Positions 28,851 to 43,650 of a stretch of 64,000 nt of DNA are shown here, in pieces. This DNA is from Eledone cirrhosa (lineage: Eukaryota): positions 7,378,001 through 7,442,000 of the forward strand of contig OZ024740.1 of assembly GCA_964016885.1 (NCBI GenBank), given 5' to 3'. The notes under the pieces are model-generated. The model was given only the letters and a program-made list of their open reading frames with translations. It had not been told where the DNA came from and did not search any database. The position numbers were made by a program, and so were the translations under genes. The number at the start of each line of letters is the position of its first letter. The first letter of the stretch is position 1.

Positions 28851-31800
28851 TATAGGTATTTCAGTTTCTATTAGTATATCAGTTTCGATTGGTATATCGT
28901 TTCGATTGGTATGTCAGTTTCGATTGGTATGTCAATTTCGATTGGTTTATCAGTTTCGATTAGTATGTCAGTTACTATTGGTATATCAGTTTCGATTGGT
29001 ATATCTGGTTCGATTGGTATGTCAGTTTCTATTGTTATATCAGTTTCGATTAGTATGTCAGTTTCGATTAGTATATCACTTTCTATTGGTATGTCAGTTT
29101 CGATTGGTATATCAGTTTCTATTGGTATATCAGTTTCTATTGGTATGTCAGTTTTGATTGGTATATCAGTTTCTATTGGTATGTCAGTTTCGATTGGTAT
29201 ATCAGTTTCTATTGGCATATCAGTTTCGATTGGTATGTTAGTTTCTACTGGTATGTCTGTTTCGATTAGTATATCAGTTTCTATTGGTTTGTTAGTGTCT
29301 ATTGGTATATCAGTTTCTATTGGTATATCAGTTTCTATTGGTATGTCAATTTCGAATGGTATATTAGTTTCGATTAGTATGTCAGTTTCTATTGGTATAT
29401 CAGTTTCGATTGTTATATCTGTTTCGATTGCTATGTCAGTTTCGATTGGTATGTCAGTTTCTATTGGTATATCAGTTTCTATTGGTATGACAGTTTCGAA
29501 GGGGTATATCAGTTTCGTTTGGTATGTCAGTTTCGATCGGTATGTCAGTTTCGATTGGTATGTCAGTTTCGATTGGTATGTCAATTTCGATTAGCATGTC
29601 AGTTTCAATTGGTATATCAGTTTCTATTGGTATGTCAGTTTCGATAGGTATGTCCGTTTCTATTGGTATAACAGTTTCGATTGGTATGTCAGTTTCGATT
29701 GGTATGTCAGTTTATATTGGTACATCAGTTTCTATTGGTATGACAGTTTCGATTGGTATATCAGTTTCGATTGGTATGTCAGTTTGGATTGGTATGTCAG
29801 TTTGGATTGGTATGTCAATTTCGATCGGTATATCAGTTTTGATTAGTATATCAGTTTCGATTGGTATATCAGTTTCGATTGGTATATCAGTTTCGATTGG
29901 TATATCAGTTTCGATTGGTATGTCAGTTTCGATTAGTATATCAGTTTCTATTGGTATGTCAGTTTCTATTGGTATATCAGTTTCGATTGGTATATCAGTT
30001 TCGATTAGTATGTCAGTTTCTATTGGAATATCAGTTTCGATTGGTATATCAGTTTCGATTGGTATATCAGTTTCGATTGGTATATCAGTTTCGATTGGTA
30101 TGTCAGTTTCGATTAGTATATCAGTTTATATTGGTATGTCAGTTTCTACTGGAATGTCAGTTTCGATTAGTATATCAGTTTCTATTGGTATGTCAGTTTC
30201 GATTGGTATGTCAGATTCTATTGGTATATCAGTTTCGATTGGTATATCAGTTTCGATTGGTATATCAGTTTCGATTGGTATATCAGTTTCGATTGGTATA
30301 TCAGTTTCTATTGGTATGTCAGTTTTGATTGGTATATCAGTTTCTATTGGTATGTCAGTTTCGATTAGTATGTCAATTTCTATTGGTATATCAGTTTCGA
30401 TTGGTATGTCAGTTTCTACTGGTATGTCAGTTTTGATTTTTATATCAGTTACAATTGGTATGTCAGTTTCGATTGGTATGTCAGTTTTGATTTTTATATC
30501 AGTTACAATTGGTATGTCAGTTTCGATTGGTATGTCAGTTTCTATTGGTATATGTGTTTCGATTGGTATGTCAGTTTCGATTAGTATATCAGTTTCTATT
30601 GGACTCTCAGTTTCTATTGATATATCAGTTTCGTTTGGTATATCAGTTTCTATTGGTATGTCAGTTTCGATTGGTATGTCAGTTTCTATTGTTATATCAG
30701 TTTCGATTGATATATCAGTTTCGATTATTATGCCAGTTTCTAATGGTATGTCACTTTTGATTAGTATATCAGTTTCCATTGGTATGTCAGTTTCGATTGG
30801 TATGTCAGTTTCTATTGGTATATCAGTTTCGATTGGTATATCAGTTTCGATTGGTATATCAGTTTCGATTGGTATGTCAGTTTCTATTGGTATATCAGTT
30901 TCTATTGGTATGTCAGTTTCGATTGGTACGTCAGTTTGGATTGGTATGTCAATTTCAATTAGTATATCAGTTTCGATTAGTATGTCAGTTTCTATTGGTA
31001 TATCAGTTTCGATTGGTATACCTGTTTCGATTGGTATGTCAGTTTCGATTGGTATATCAGTTTCGATTGGTATGTCAGTTTCGATTAGTACATCAGTTAC
31101 TATTGGTATGTGAGTTTCTATTGGTATATCAGTTTCGATTGGTATATCAGTTTCGATTAGTATATCTGTTTCGATTGCTATGTCAGTTTCGATTGGTATG
31201 TCAGTTTAGATTGGTATATCAGTTTCTATTGGTATGACAGTTTCGAAGGGGTATATCAGTTTCGTTTGGTATGTCAGTTTCGATCGGTATGTCAGTTTCG
31301 ATTGGTATGTCAGTTTCGATTGGTATGTCAATTTCGATTAGCATGTCAGTTTCAAGTGGTATATCAGTTTCTATTGGTATGTCAGTTTCGATAGGTATGT
31401 CTGTTTCTATTGGTATAACAGTTTCGATTGGTATGTCAGTTTCGATTGGTATGTCAGTTTATATTGGTACATCAGATTCTATTGGTATGACAGTTTAGAT
31501 TGGTATATCAGTTTCGATTGGTATGTCAGTTTGGATTGGTATGTCAATTTCGATTGGTATATCAGTTTTGATTAGTATGTCAGTTTCTATTGGTATATCA
31601 GTTTCGATTGGTATATCAGTTTCGATTGGTATATCCGTTTCGATTGGTATATCAGTTTCGATTGGTATGTCAGTTTCGATTTGTATATCAGTTTCTATTG
31701 GTATGTCAGTTTCTATTGGTATATCAGTTTCGATTGGTATATCAGTTTCGATTAGTATGTCAGTTACTATTGGAATATCAGTTTCGATTGGTATATCAGT

Positions 31801-34800
31801 TTCGATTGGTATATCAGTTTCGATTGGTATATCAGTTTCGATTGGTATGTCAGTTTCGATTAGTATATCAGTTTCTATTGGTATGTCAGTTTCTATTGGT
31901 ATATCAGTTTCGATTGGTATATCAGTTTCGATTAGTATGTCAGTTTCTATTGGAATGTCAGTTTCGATTAGTATATCAGTTTCTATTGGTATGTCAGTTT
32001 CGATTGGTATGTCAGATTCTATTGGTATATCAGTTTCGATTGGTATATCAGTTTCGATTGGTATATCAGTTTCGATTGGTATATCAGTTTCTATTGGTAT
32101 GTCAGTTTTGATTGGTATATCAGTTTCTATTGGTATGTCAGTTTCGATTAGTATGTCAATTTCAATTGGTATATCAGTTTCGATTGGTATGTCAGTTTCT
32201 ACTGGTATGTCAGTTTTGATTTTTATATCAGTTACAATTGGTATGTCAGTTTCGATTGGTATGTCAGTTTTGATTTTTATATCAGTTACAATTGGTATGT
32301 CAGTTTCGATTGGTATGTCAGTTTCTATTGGTATATGTGTTTCGATTGGTATGTCAGTTTCGATTAGTATATCAGTTTCTATTGGACTCTCAGTTTCTAT
32401 TGATATATCAGTTTCGTTTGGTATATCAGTTTCTATTGGTATGTCAGTTTCGATTGGTATGTCAGTTTCAATTGGTATATCAGTTTCGATTGATATATCA
32501 GTTTCGATTATTATGTCAGTTTCTAATGGTATGTCACTTTTGATTAGTATATCAGTTTCTATTGGTATGTCAGTTTCGATTGGTATGTCAGTTTCTATTG
32601 GTATATCAGTTTCGATTGGTATATCAGTTTCGATTTGTATATCAATTTCGATTGGTATGTCAGTTTCTATTGGTATATCAGTTTCTATTGGTATGTCAGT
32701 TTCGATTGGTACGTCAGTTTGGATTGGTATGTCAATTTCAATTAGTATATCAGTTTCGATTAGTATGTCAGTTTCTATTGGTATATCAGTTTCGATTGGT
32801 ATACCTGTTTCGATTGGTATGTCAGTTTCGATTGGTATATCAGTTTCGATTGGTATGTCAGTTTCGATTAGTACATCAGTTACTATTGGTATGTCAGGTT
32901 CGATTAGTATGTCAATTTCTATTGGTATATCAATTTCGATTGGTATGTCAGTTTTGATTTTTATATCAGTTACCATTGGTATGTCAGTGTCGATTGGTAT
33001 GTCAGTTTCTATTGGTATATGTGTTTCGATTGGTATGTCAGTTTCGATTAGTATATCAGTTTCTATTGGACTCTCAGTTTCTATTGATATATCAGTTTCG
33101 TTTGGTATATCAGTTTCTATTGGTATGTCAGTTTCGATTGGTATGTCAGTTTCTATTGGTATATCAGTTTCGATTGATATATCAGTTTCGATTATTATGT
33201 CAGTTTCTAATGGTATGTCACTTTTGATTAGTATATCAGTTTCTATTGGTATGTCAGTTTCGATTGGTATGTCAGTTTCTAATGGTATATCAGTTTCGAT
33301 TGGTATATCAGTTTCTATTGGTATGTCAGTTTCGATTGGTACGTCAGTTTGGATTGGTATGTCAATTTCGATTGGTATATCAGTTTTGATTAGTATGTCA
33401 GTTTCTATTGGTATATCAGTTTCGATTGGTATATCAGTTTCGATTGGTATATCAGTTTCGATTGGTATGTCAGTTTCGATTATTATATCAGTTTTGATTA
33501 GTATGTCAGTTTCTATTGGTATATCAGTTTCGATTGGTATATCAGTTTCGATTAGTATGTCAGTTTCTATTGGAATATCAGTTTCGATTGGTATATCAGT
33601 TTCGATTGGTATATCAGTTTCGATTGGTATATCAGTTTCGATTGGTATGTCAGTTTCGAATAGTATATCAGTTTCTATTGGTATGTCAGTTTCTATTGGT
33701 ATATCAGTTTCGATTGGTATATCAGTTTCGATTAGTATGTCAGTTTCTATTGGAATGTCAGTTTCGATTAGTATATCAGTTTCTATTGGTATGTCAGTTT
33801 CGATTGGTATGTCAGATTCTATTGGTATATCAGTTTCGATTGGTATATCAGTTTCGTTTGGTATATCAGTTTCGATTGCTATATCAGTTTCGATTGGTAT
33901 ATCAGTTTCTATTGGTATGTCAGTTTTGATTGGTATATCAGTTTCTATTGGTATGTCAGGTTCGATTAGTACGTCAATTTCTATTGGTATATCAGTTTCG
34001 ATTGGTATGTCAGTTTCTATTGGTATGTCAGTTTTGATTATTATATCAGTTACAATTGGTATGTCAGTTTCGATTGGTATGTCAGTTTTGATTTTTATAT
34101 CAGTTACCATTGGTATGTCAGTGTCCATTGGTATGTCAGTTTCTATTGGTATATGTGTTTCGATTGGTATGTCAGTTTCGATTAGTATTTCAGTTTCTAT
34201 TGGACTGTCAGTTTCTATTGATATATCAGTTTCGTTTGATATATCAGTTTCTATTTGTATGTCAGTTTCGATTGGTATGTCAGTTTCTATTGGTATATCA
34301 GTTTCGATTGATATATCAGTTTCGATTGGTATATCAGTTTCGATTGGTATGTCAGTTTCTATTGGTATATCAGTTTCTATTGGTATGTCAGTTGCGATTG
34401 GTACGTCAGTTCGGATTGTTATGTCAATTTCAATTGGTATATCAGTTTCGATTAGTATGTCAGTTTCTATTGGTATATCAGTTTCGATTTGTATATCTGT
34501 TTCGGTTGGTATGTCAGTTTCGATTGGTATATCAGTTTCGATTGGTATGTCAGTTTCGATTAGTACATCAGTTACTATTGGTATGTGAGTTTCTATTGGT
34601 ATATCAGTTTCGATTGGTATATCAGTTTCGATTAGTATGTCAGTTTCTATTGGTATGTCAGTTTCGATTAGTATATCAGTTTCTATTGGTATGTCAGTTT
34701 CGATTGGTATGTCAGTTTAGATTGGTATATCAGTTACTATTGGTATGACAGTTTCGATTGGTATATCAGTTTCGATTGGTATGTCAGGTTGGATTGGCAT

Positions 34801-37800
34801 GTCAGTTTCTATTGGTATGTCAGTTTCGATTGGTATGTCAGTTTCGATTGGTATATCAATTTCGATTGGTATATCAGTTTCGATTGAAATGTCAGTTTCG
34901 ATTGGTATATCAGTTTCGATTGGTATCTCAGTTTTGATTAGTATATTAGTTTCTATTGGTATGTCGGTTTCTATTGGTATTTCAGTTTCGATTGGTATAT
35001 CAGTTTCGATTAGTATGTCAGTTTCTATTGGTATGTCAGTTTTGATTGGTATAGCAGTTTCTATTCGTATGTCAGTTTCGATTGGTATGTCAGTTTCTAT
35101 TGTTATATCAGTTTCGATTGGTATGTCAGTTTCCATTGGTATGTCAGTTTCGATTATTATATCAGTTACTATTGGTATGTCAGTTTTGATTGGTATGTCA
35201 GTTTCTATTAGTATATCAGTTTCGATTGGTATATCATTTCGATTGGTATGTCAGTTTCGATTATTATATCAGTTACTATTGGTATGTCAATTTCGATTGG
35301 TATATCAGTTTCGATTAGTATGTCAGTTACTATTGGAATATCAGTTTCGATTGGAATATCTGTGTCGATTGGTATGTCAGTTTCTATTGTTATATCAGTT
35401 TCTATTGGTATATCAGTTTCTATTGGTATGTCAGTTTTGATTGGTATATCAGTTTCTATTGGTATGTCAGTTTCGATTGGTATGTCAGTATCTATTGGTA
35501 TATCAGTTTAGATTGGTATGTTAGTTTCTATTGGTATGTCAGTTTCGATTGGTATATCAGTTTCTATTGGTATATCAGTTTCTATTGGTATGTCAATTTC
35601 GAATGGTATACTAGTTTCGATTAGTATGTCAGTTTCTATTGGTATATCAGTTTCGATTGGTATATCTGTTTCGATTGCTATGTTAGTTTCGATTGGTATG
35701 TCAGTTTAGATTGGTATATCAGTTTCTATTGGTATGACAGTTTCGAAGGGGTATATCAGATTCGTTTGGTATGTCAGTTTCGATCGGTATGTCAGTTTCG
35801 ATTAGTACGTCAATTTCGATTAGCATGTCAGTTTCTATTGGTATATCAGTTTCTATTGGTATGTCAGTTTCGATAGGTATGTCCGTTTCTATTGGTATAA
35901 CAGTTTCGATTGGTATGTCAGTTTCGATTGGTATGTCAGTTTATATTGGTATATCAGTTTCTATTGGTATGACAGTTTCGATTGGTATATCAGTTTGGAT
36001 TGGTATGTCAGCTTGGATTGGTATGTCAGTTTCGATTGGTATGTCAGTTTCTATTGGTATATCAGTTTCGATTGGTATATCAGTTACTATTGGTATGACA
36101 GTTTCGATTGGTATATCAGTATCGATTGGTATGTCAGTTTGGATTGGCATGTCAGTCTCGATTGGTATGTCAGTTTCGATTGGTATGTCAGTTTCGATTG
36201 GTATATCAGTTTCGATTGGTATCTCAGTTTTGATTAGTATATTAGTTTCTATTAGTATGTCGGTTTCTATTGGTATTTCAGTTTCGATTGGTATATCAGT
36301 TTCGATTAGTATGTCAGTTTCTATTGGTATGTTTAGTTTCGATTAGTATATCAGTTTCTACTGGTATGTCAGTTTTGATTGGTATAGCAGTTTCTATTCG
36401 TATGTCAGTTTCGATTGGTATGTCAGTTTCTATTGTTATATCAGTTTCGATTGGTATGTCAGTTTCTATTGGTATGTCAGTTTCGATTATTATATCAGTT
36501 ACTCTTGGTATGTCAGTTTTGATTGGTATGTCAGTTTCTATTAGTATATCAGTTTCGATTGGTATATCATTTCGATTGGTATGTCAGTTTCCATTGGTAT
36601 GTCAATTTCGATTGGTATATCAGTTTCGATTAGTATGTCAGTTACTATTGGAATATCAGTTTCGATTGGTATATCTGTGTCGATTGGTATGTCAGTTTCT
36701 ATTGTTATATCAGTTTCGATTAGTACGTCAGTTTCGATTAGTATATCACTTTCTATTGGTATGTCAGTTTCGATTGGTATATCAGTTTCTATTGGTATAT
36801 CAGTTTCTATTGGTATGTCAGTTTTGATTGGTATATCAGTTTCTATTGGTATGTCAGTTTCGATTGGTATGTCAGTATCTATTGGTATATTAGTTTAGAT
36901 TGGTATGTGAGTTTCTATTGGTATGTCAGTTTCGATTGGTATATCAGTTTCTATTGGTATATCAGTTTCTATTGGTATGTAAATTTCGAATGGTATATTA
37001 GTTTCGATTAGTATGCCAGTTTCTATTGGTATATCAGTTTTGATTGGTATATCTGTTTCGATTGCTATCTCAGTTTCGATCGGTATGTCAGTTTCGATTA
37101 GTATGTCAATTTCGATTAGCATGTCAGTTTCTATTGGTATATCAGTTTCTATTGGTATGTCAGTTTCGATAGGTATGCCCGTTTCTATTGGTATAACAGT
37201 TTCGATTGGTATGTCAGTTTCGATTGGTATGTCAGTTTATATTGGTATATCAGTTTCTATTGGTATGACAGTTTCGATTGTTATATCAGTTTGGATTGGT
37301 ATGTCAGCTTGGATTGGTATGTCAGTTTGGATTGTTATGTCAGTTTCGATTGTTATGTCAATTTCGATTGGTATATCAGTTTTGATTAGTATGTCAGTTT
37401 CTATTGGTATGTCAGTTTCGATTGGTATGTCAGATTCTATTGGTATATCAGTTTCGATTGGTATATCAGTTTCGATTAGTATGTCAATTTCTATTGGTAT
37501 ATCAGTTTCGATTGGTATGTCAGTTTCTATTGGTATGTCAGTTTTGATTTTTATATCAGTTACAATTGGTATGTCAGTTTCGATTGGTATGTCAGTTTCT
37601 ATTGGTATATGTGTTTCGATTGGTATGTCAGTTTCGATTAGTATATCAGTTTCTATTGGACTGTCAGTTTCTATTGATATATCAGTTTCGTTTGGTATAT
37701 CAGTTTCTATTGTTATGTCAGTTTCGATTGGTATGTCAGTTTCTATTGGTATATCAGTTTCGAATGATATATCAGTTTCGATTAGTATGTCAATTTCTAA

Positions 37801-38526
37801 TGGTATGTCAGTTTTGATTAGTATATCAGTTTCTATTGGTATATCAGTTTCGATTAGTATGTCAGTTTCTATTGGTATATCAGTTTCGATTGGTATATCT
37901 GTTTCGATTGGTATGTCAGTTTCGATTGGTATATCAGTTTCGATTGGTATATCTGTTTCGATTGGTATGTCAGTTTCGATTGGTATATCAGTTTCGATTA
38001 GTATGTCAGTTACTATTGGTATATCAGTTACTATTGGTATATCAGTTTCGATTGGTACATCTGTTTCGATTGGTATGTCAGTTTCTATTGTTATATCAGT
38101 TTTGATTAGTATGTCAGTTACGATTAGTATATCACTTTCTATTGGTATGTCAGTTTCGATTGGTATATCAGTTTCTATTGGTATTTCAGTTTCTATTGGT
38201 ATGTCAGTTTTGATTGGTATATCAGTTTCTATTGGTATGTCAGTTTCGATTGGTATGTCAGTTTCTATTGGTATATCAGTTTCGATTGGTATGTTAGTTT
38301 CTATTGGTATGTCAGTTTCGATTAGTATATCAGTTTCTATTGGTTTGTTAGTTTCGATTCGTATATCAGTTTCTATTGGTATATCAGTTTCTATTGTTAT
38401 GTCAATTTCGAATGGTATATTAGTTTCGATTAGTATGTCAGTTTCTATTGGTATATCAGTTTCGATTGGTATATCTGTTTCGATTGCTATGTCAGTTTCG
38501 ATTGGTATGTCAGTTTATATTGGTAC

Positions 38527-41500
38527 ATCAGTTTCTATTGGTATGACAGTTTCGATTGGTATATCAGTTTGGATTGGTATGTCAGCTTGGATTGGTATGT
38601 CAGTTTGGATTGGTATGTCAGTTTCGATTGTTATGTCAATTTCGATTGGTATATCAGTTTTGATTAGTATGTCAGTTTCTATTGATATGTCAGTTTTGAT
38701 TGGTATGTCAGATTCTATTGGTATATCAGTTTCGATTGGTATATCAGTTTGGATTGGTATATCAGTTTCGATTGGTATATCAGTTTCGATTGGTATATCA
38801 GTTTCTATTGGTATATCAGTTTCTATTGGTATGTCAGTTTCAATCGGTATGTCAGTTTCGATTGGTATATCAGTTTCTATTGGTATGTCAGTTTCGATTG
38901 GTATGTCAGTTTCGATTAGTATGTTAGTTTCTATTGGTATATCAGTTTCGATTGGTATATCAGTTTATATTAGTATGTCAGTTTCTATTGGTATATCAGT
39001 TTCGACTGGTATGTCAGTTGCTATTGGTATATCAGTTGCTATTGGTATGCCAGTTTCGATAGGTATGTCAGTTTCAATTGGTATGTCAGTTTCTTTTGGT
39101 ATGTCAGTTTCGATTATTATATCAGTTACTATTGGTATGTCAGTTTGGATTGGTATGTCAGTTTCGATTGGTATGTCAGTTTGGATTGGTATGTCAGTTT
39201 CGATTGTTATATCAGTTTTGATTAGTATGTCAGTTTCTTTTGGTATATCAGTTTCGATTGGTATATCAGTTTTGATTGTTATGTCAATTTCGATTGGTAT
39301 ATCAGTTTTGATTAGTATGTCAGTTTCTATTGGTATGTCAGTTTTGATTGGTATGTCAGATTCTATTGGTATATCAGTTTCGATTGGTATATCAGTTTCG
39401 ATTGGTATATCAGTTTTGATTAGTATGTCAGTTTCTATTGGTATGTCAGTTTTGATTGGTATGTCAGATTCTATTGGTATATCAGTTTCGATTGGTATAT
39501 CAGTTTCGATTGGTATATCAGTTTCTATTGGTATATCAGTTTCTATTGGTATGTCAGTTTTGATTGGATTATCAGTTTCTATTGGTATGTCAGTTTCAAT
39601 TAGTATGTCAATTTCTATTGGTATATCAGTTTCGATTGGTATATCAGTTTCTATTGGTATGTGAGTTTTGATTTTTATATCAGTTACAATTGGTATGTCA
39701 GTTTCGATTGGTATGTCAGTTTCTATTGGTATATGTGTTTCGATTGATATGTCAGTTTCGATTAGTATATCAGTTTCTATTGGACTGTCAGTTTCTATTG
39801 ATATATTAGTTTCGTTTGGTATATCAGTTTCTATTGTTATGTCAGTTTCGATTGGTATGTCATTTTCTGTTGGTATATCAGTTTCGATAGATATATAAGT
39901 TTCGATTAGTATGTCAGTTTCTAATGGTATGTCAGTTTTGATTAGTATATCAGTTTCTATTGGTATGTCAATTTCAATTGGTATATCAGTTTCGATTAGT
40001 ATGTCAGTTTCTATTGGTATATCAGTTTCAATTGGTATATCTGTTTCGATTGGTAAGTCAGTTTCGATTGGTATATCAGTTTCGATTGGTATGTCAGTTT
40101 CGATTAGTATATCAGTTACTATTGGCATGTGAGTTTCTATTGGTATATCAGTTTCGATTGGTATATCAGTTTCGATTAGTATGTCAGTTTCTATTGGTAT
40201 GTCAGTTTCGATTGGTATGTCAGTTTAGATTGGTATATCAGTTTCTATTGGTATGACAGTTTCGATTGGTATATCAGTTTGGATTGGTATGTCAGCTTGG
40301 ATTGGTATGTCAGTTTGGATTGGTATGTCAGTTTCGATTGTTATGTCAATTTCGATTGGTATATCAGTTTTGATTAGTATGTCAGTTTCTATTGGTATGT
40401 CAGTTTTGATTGGTATGTCAGATTCTATTGGTATATCAGTTTCGATTGGTATATCAGTTTGGATTGGTATATCAGTTTCGATTGGTATATCAGTTTCGAT
40501 TGGTATATCAGTTTCTATTGGTATATCAGTTTCTATTGGTATGTCAGTTTCAATCGGTATGTCAGTTTCGATTGGTATATCAGTTTCTATTGGTATGTCA
40601 GTTTCGATTGGTATGTCAGTTTCGATTAGTATGTTAGTTTCTATTGGTGTATCAATTTCGATTGGTATATCAGTTTATATTAGTATATCAGTTTCTATTG
40701 GTATATCAGTTTCGACTGGTATGTCAGTTGCTATAGGTATATCAGTTACTATTGGTATGCCAGTTTCGATAGGTATGTCAGTTTCAATTGGTATGTCAGT
40801 TTCTTTTGGTATGTCAGTTTCGATTATTATATCAGTTACTATTGGTATGTCAGTTTGGATTGGTATGTCAGTTTCGATTGGTATGTCAGTTTGGATTGGT
40901 ATGTCAGTTTGGATTGTTATATCAGTTTTGATTAGTATGTCAGTTTCTTTTGGTATATCAGTTTCGATTGGTATATCAGTTTTGATTGTTATGTCAATTT
41001 CGATTGGTATATCAGTTTTGATTAGTATGTCAGTTTCTATTGGTATGTCAGTTTTGATTGGTATGTCAGATTCTATTGGTATATCAGTTTCGATTGGTAT
41101 ATCAGTTTCGATTGGTATATCAGTTTTGATTAGTATGTCAGTTTCTATTGGTATGTCAGTTTTGATTGGTATGTCAGATTCTATTGGTATATCAGTTTCG
41201 ATTGGTATATCAGTTTCGATTGGTATATCAGTTTCTATTGGTATATCAGTTTCTATTGGTATGTCAGTTTTGATTGGATTATCAGTTTCTATTGGTATGT
41301 CAGTTTCAATTAGTATGTCAATTTCTATTGGTATATCAGTTTCGATTGGTATATCAGTTTCTATTGGTATGTCAGTTTCGATTTTTATATCAGTTACAAT
41401 TGGTATGTCAGTTTCGATTGGTATGTCAGTTTCTATTGGTATATGTGTTTCGATTGATATGTCAGTTTCGATTAGTATATCAGTTTCTATTGGACTGTCA

Positions 41501-41990
41501 GTTTCTATTGATATATCAGTTTCGTTTGGTATATCAGTTTCTATTGTTATGTCAGTTTCGATTGGTATGTCATTTTCTATTGGTATATCAGTTTCGATTG
41601 ATATATAAGTTTCGATTAGTATGTCAGTTTCTAATGGTATGTCAGTTTTGATTAGTATATCAGTTTCTATTGGTATGTCAATTTCAATTGGTATATCAGT
41701 TTCGATTAGTATGTCAGTTTCTATTGGTATATCAGTTTCAATTGGTATATCTGTTTCGATTGGTAAGTCAGTTTCAATTGGTATATCAGTTTCGATTGGT
41801 ATGTCAGTTTCGATTAGTATATCAGTTACTATTGGTATGTGAGTTTCTATTGGTATATCAGTTTCGATTGGTATATCAGTTTCGATTAGTATGTCAGTTT
41901 CTATTGGTATGTCAGTTTCGATTGGTATGTCAGTTTAGATTGGTATATCAGTTTCTATTGGTATGACAGTTTCGATTGGTATATCAGTTT
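38527..41990. repeat. Higher-order tandem duplication, period 1710 bp (95 monomers); related third copy near 49100-50850
   Basis: ORF pairs 38700/40410, 39911/41621 and 39960/41670 are all offset by 1710 with identical or near-identical translations. A similar translation recurs at 50502. Confidence 0.9.
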
Positions 41991-43479
41991 CGATTGGTAT
42001 GTCAGTTTCTATTGGTATATCAGTTTCGATTGGTATATCTGTTTCGATTGCTATGTCAGTTTAGATTGGTATGTCAGTTTAGATTGGTATATCAGTTTCT
42101 ATTGGTATGACAGTTTCGAAGGGGTATATCAGATTCGTTTGGTATGTCAGTTTCGATCGGTATGTCAGTTTCGATTGGTATGTCATTTTCGTTTAGCATG
42201 TCAGTTTCTATTGGTATATCAGTTTCTATTGGTATGTCAGTTTCGATAGGTATGTCCGTTTCTATTTGTATAACAGTTTCGATTGGTATGTCAGTTTCGA
42301 TTGGTATGTCAGTTTATATTGGTATATCAGTTTCTATTGGTATGACAGTTTCGATTGGTATGTCAGTTTTGATTAGTATGTCAGTTTCTATTGTTATGTC
42401 AATTTCGATTGGTATATCAGTTTTGATTAGTATGTCAGTTTCTATTGGTATGTCAGTTTCGATTGGTATGTCAGATTCTATTGGTATATCAGTTTCGATT
42501 GGTATATCAGTTTCGATTTGTATATCAGTTTCTATTGGTATATCAGTTTCTATTGGTATGTCAGTTTTGATTGGGTTATCAGTTTCTATTGGTATGTCAG
42601 TTTCGATTAGTATGTCAATTTCTATTGGTATATCAGTTTCTATTGGTATGTCAGTTTTGATTGGTATGTCAGTTTCTATTGGTATATCAGTTTCGATTGG
42701 TATGTCAGTTTCTTTTGGTATGTCAGTTTCGATTATTATATCAGTTACTATTGGTATGTCAGTTTGGATTGGTATGTCAGTTTCGATTGGTATGTCAGTT
42801 TGGATTGGTATGTCAGTTTCGATTGGTATATCAGTTTCGATTGGTATATCAGTTTCGATTGTTATGTCAATTTCGATTGGATTATCAGTTTCGATTAGTA
42901 TATCAGTTTCTATTGGACTGTCAGTTTCTATTGATATATCAGTTTCGTTTGGTATATCAGTTTTGATTAGTATGTCAGTTTCTATTGGTATGTCAGTTTT
43001 GATTGGTATGTCAGATTCTATTGGTATATCAGTTTCGATTGGTATATCAGTTTCGATTGGTATATCAGTTTCGATTGGTATATCAGTTTCTATTGGTATA
43101 TCAGTTTCTATTGGTATGTCAGTTTTGATTGGATTATCAGTTTCGATTAGTATATCAGTTTCTATTGGACTGTCAGTTTCTATTGATATATCAGTTTCGT
43201 TTGGTATATCAGTTTCTATTGTTATGTCAGTTTCGATTGGTATGTCATTTTCTATTGGTATATCAGTTTCGATTGATATATCAGTTTCGATTAGTATGTC
43301 AGTCTCTAATGGTATGTCAGTTTTGATTAGTATATCAGTTTCTATTGGTATGTCAATTTCAATTGGTATATCAGTTTCGATTAGTATGTCAGTTTCTATT
43401 GGTATATCAGTTTCGATTGGTATGTCAGTTCCGATTAGTATATCAGTTACTATTGGTATGTGAGTTTCTATTGGTATAT

Positions 43480-43648
43480 ACTGCAGTGGAGGTGCCACGG
43501 CAAAAAAAAAGCACCCAGCACTCACTGTAAATGAGGTTGGTGTTAGGAAGGGCATCCAGCTGTAGAAATCAAGCCAAAATCAGTTCCCGTCCCACCCTTG
43601 CAAGCAGGGAAAAAGACGACGTAAAATGAAATGATGATGATGATGATG
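43480..43648 (+). mobile_element. Short retroposed insertion: 3' end of an RTE-type LINE or derived SINE, with (GAT)n tail
   Basis: Non-satellite 169-bp segment ending in (ATG)6. Long stretch of near identity to the 51193 insertion (GCACCCAGCACTCACTGTAAATGAGGTTGGTGTTAGGAAGGGCATCCAGCTGTAGAAATCAAGCC). The satellite variant order resumes across it. Possible 4-bp TSD ATAT (43476-43479 and 43649-43652). RTE assignment is inferred from the short-repeat tail. Confidence 0.85.
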
Positions 43649-43650
43649 AT
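43631..43650 (+). repeat. (ATG/GAT)n 3' tail of insertion 1
   Basis: ATGATGATGATGATGATGAT seen directly at the 3' junction. Confidence 0.95.

Noticed and set aside
42314-43555. Chimeric ORF with a unique-looking N-terminus (MPFLTPTSF...) fused to PIETDI repeats; similar ORFs at 51146-51453 and 51476
   Set aside because: The unique parts are antisense or tail read-through of the retroposed inserts (poly-Met comes from the ATG tail), not real exons.
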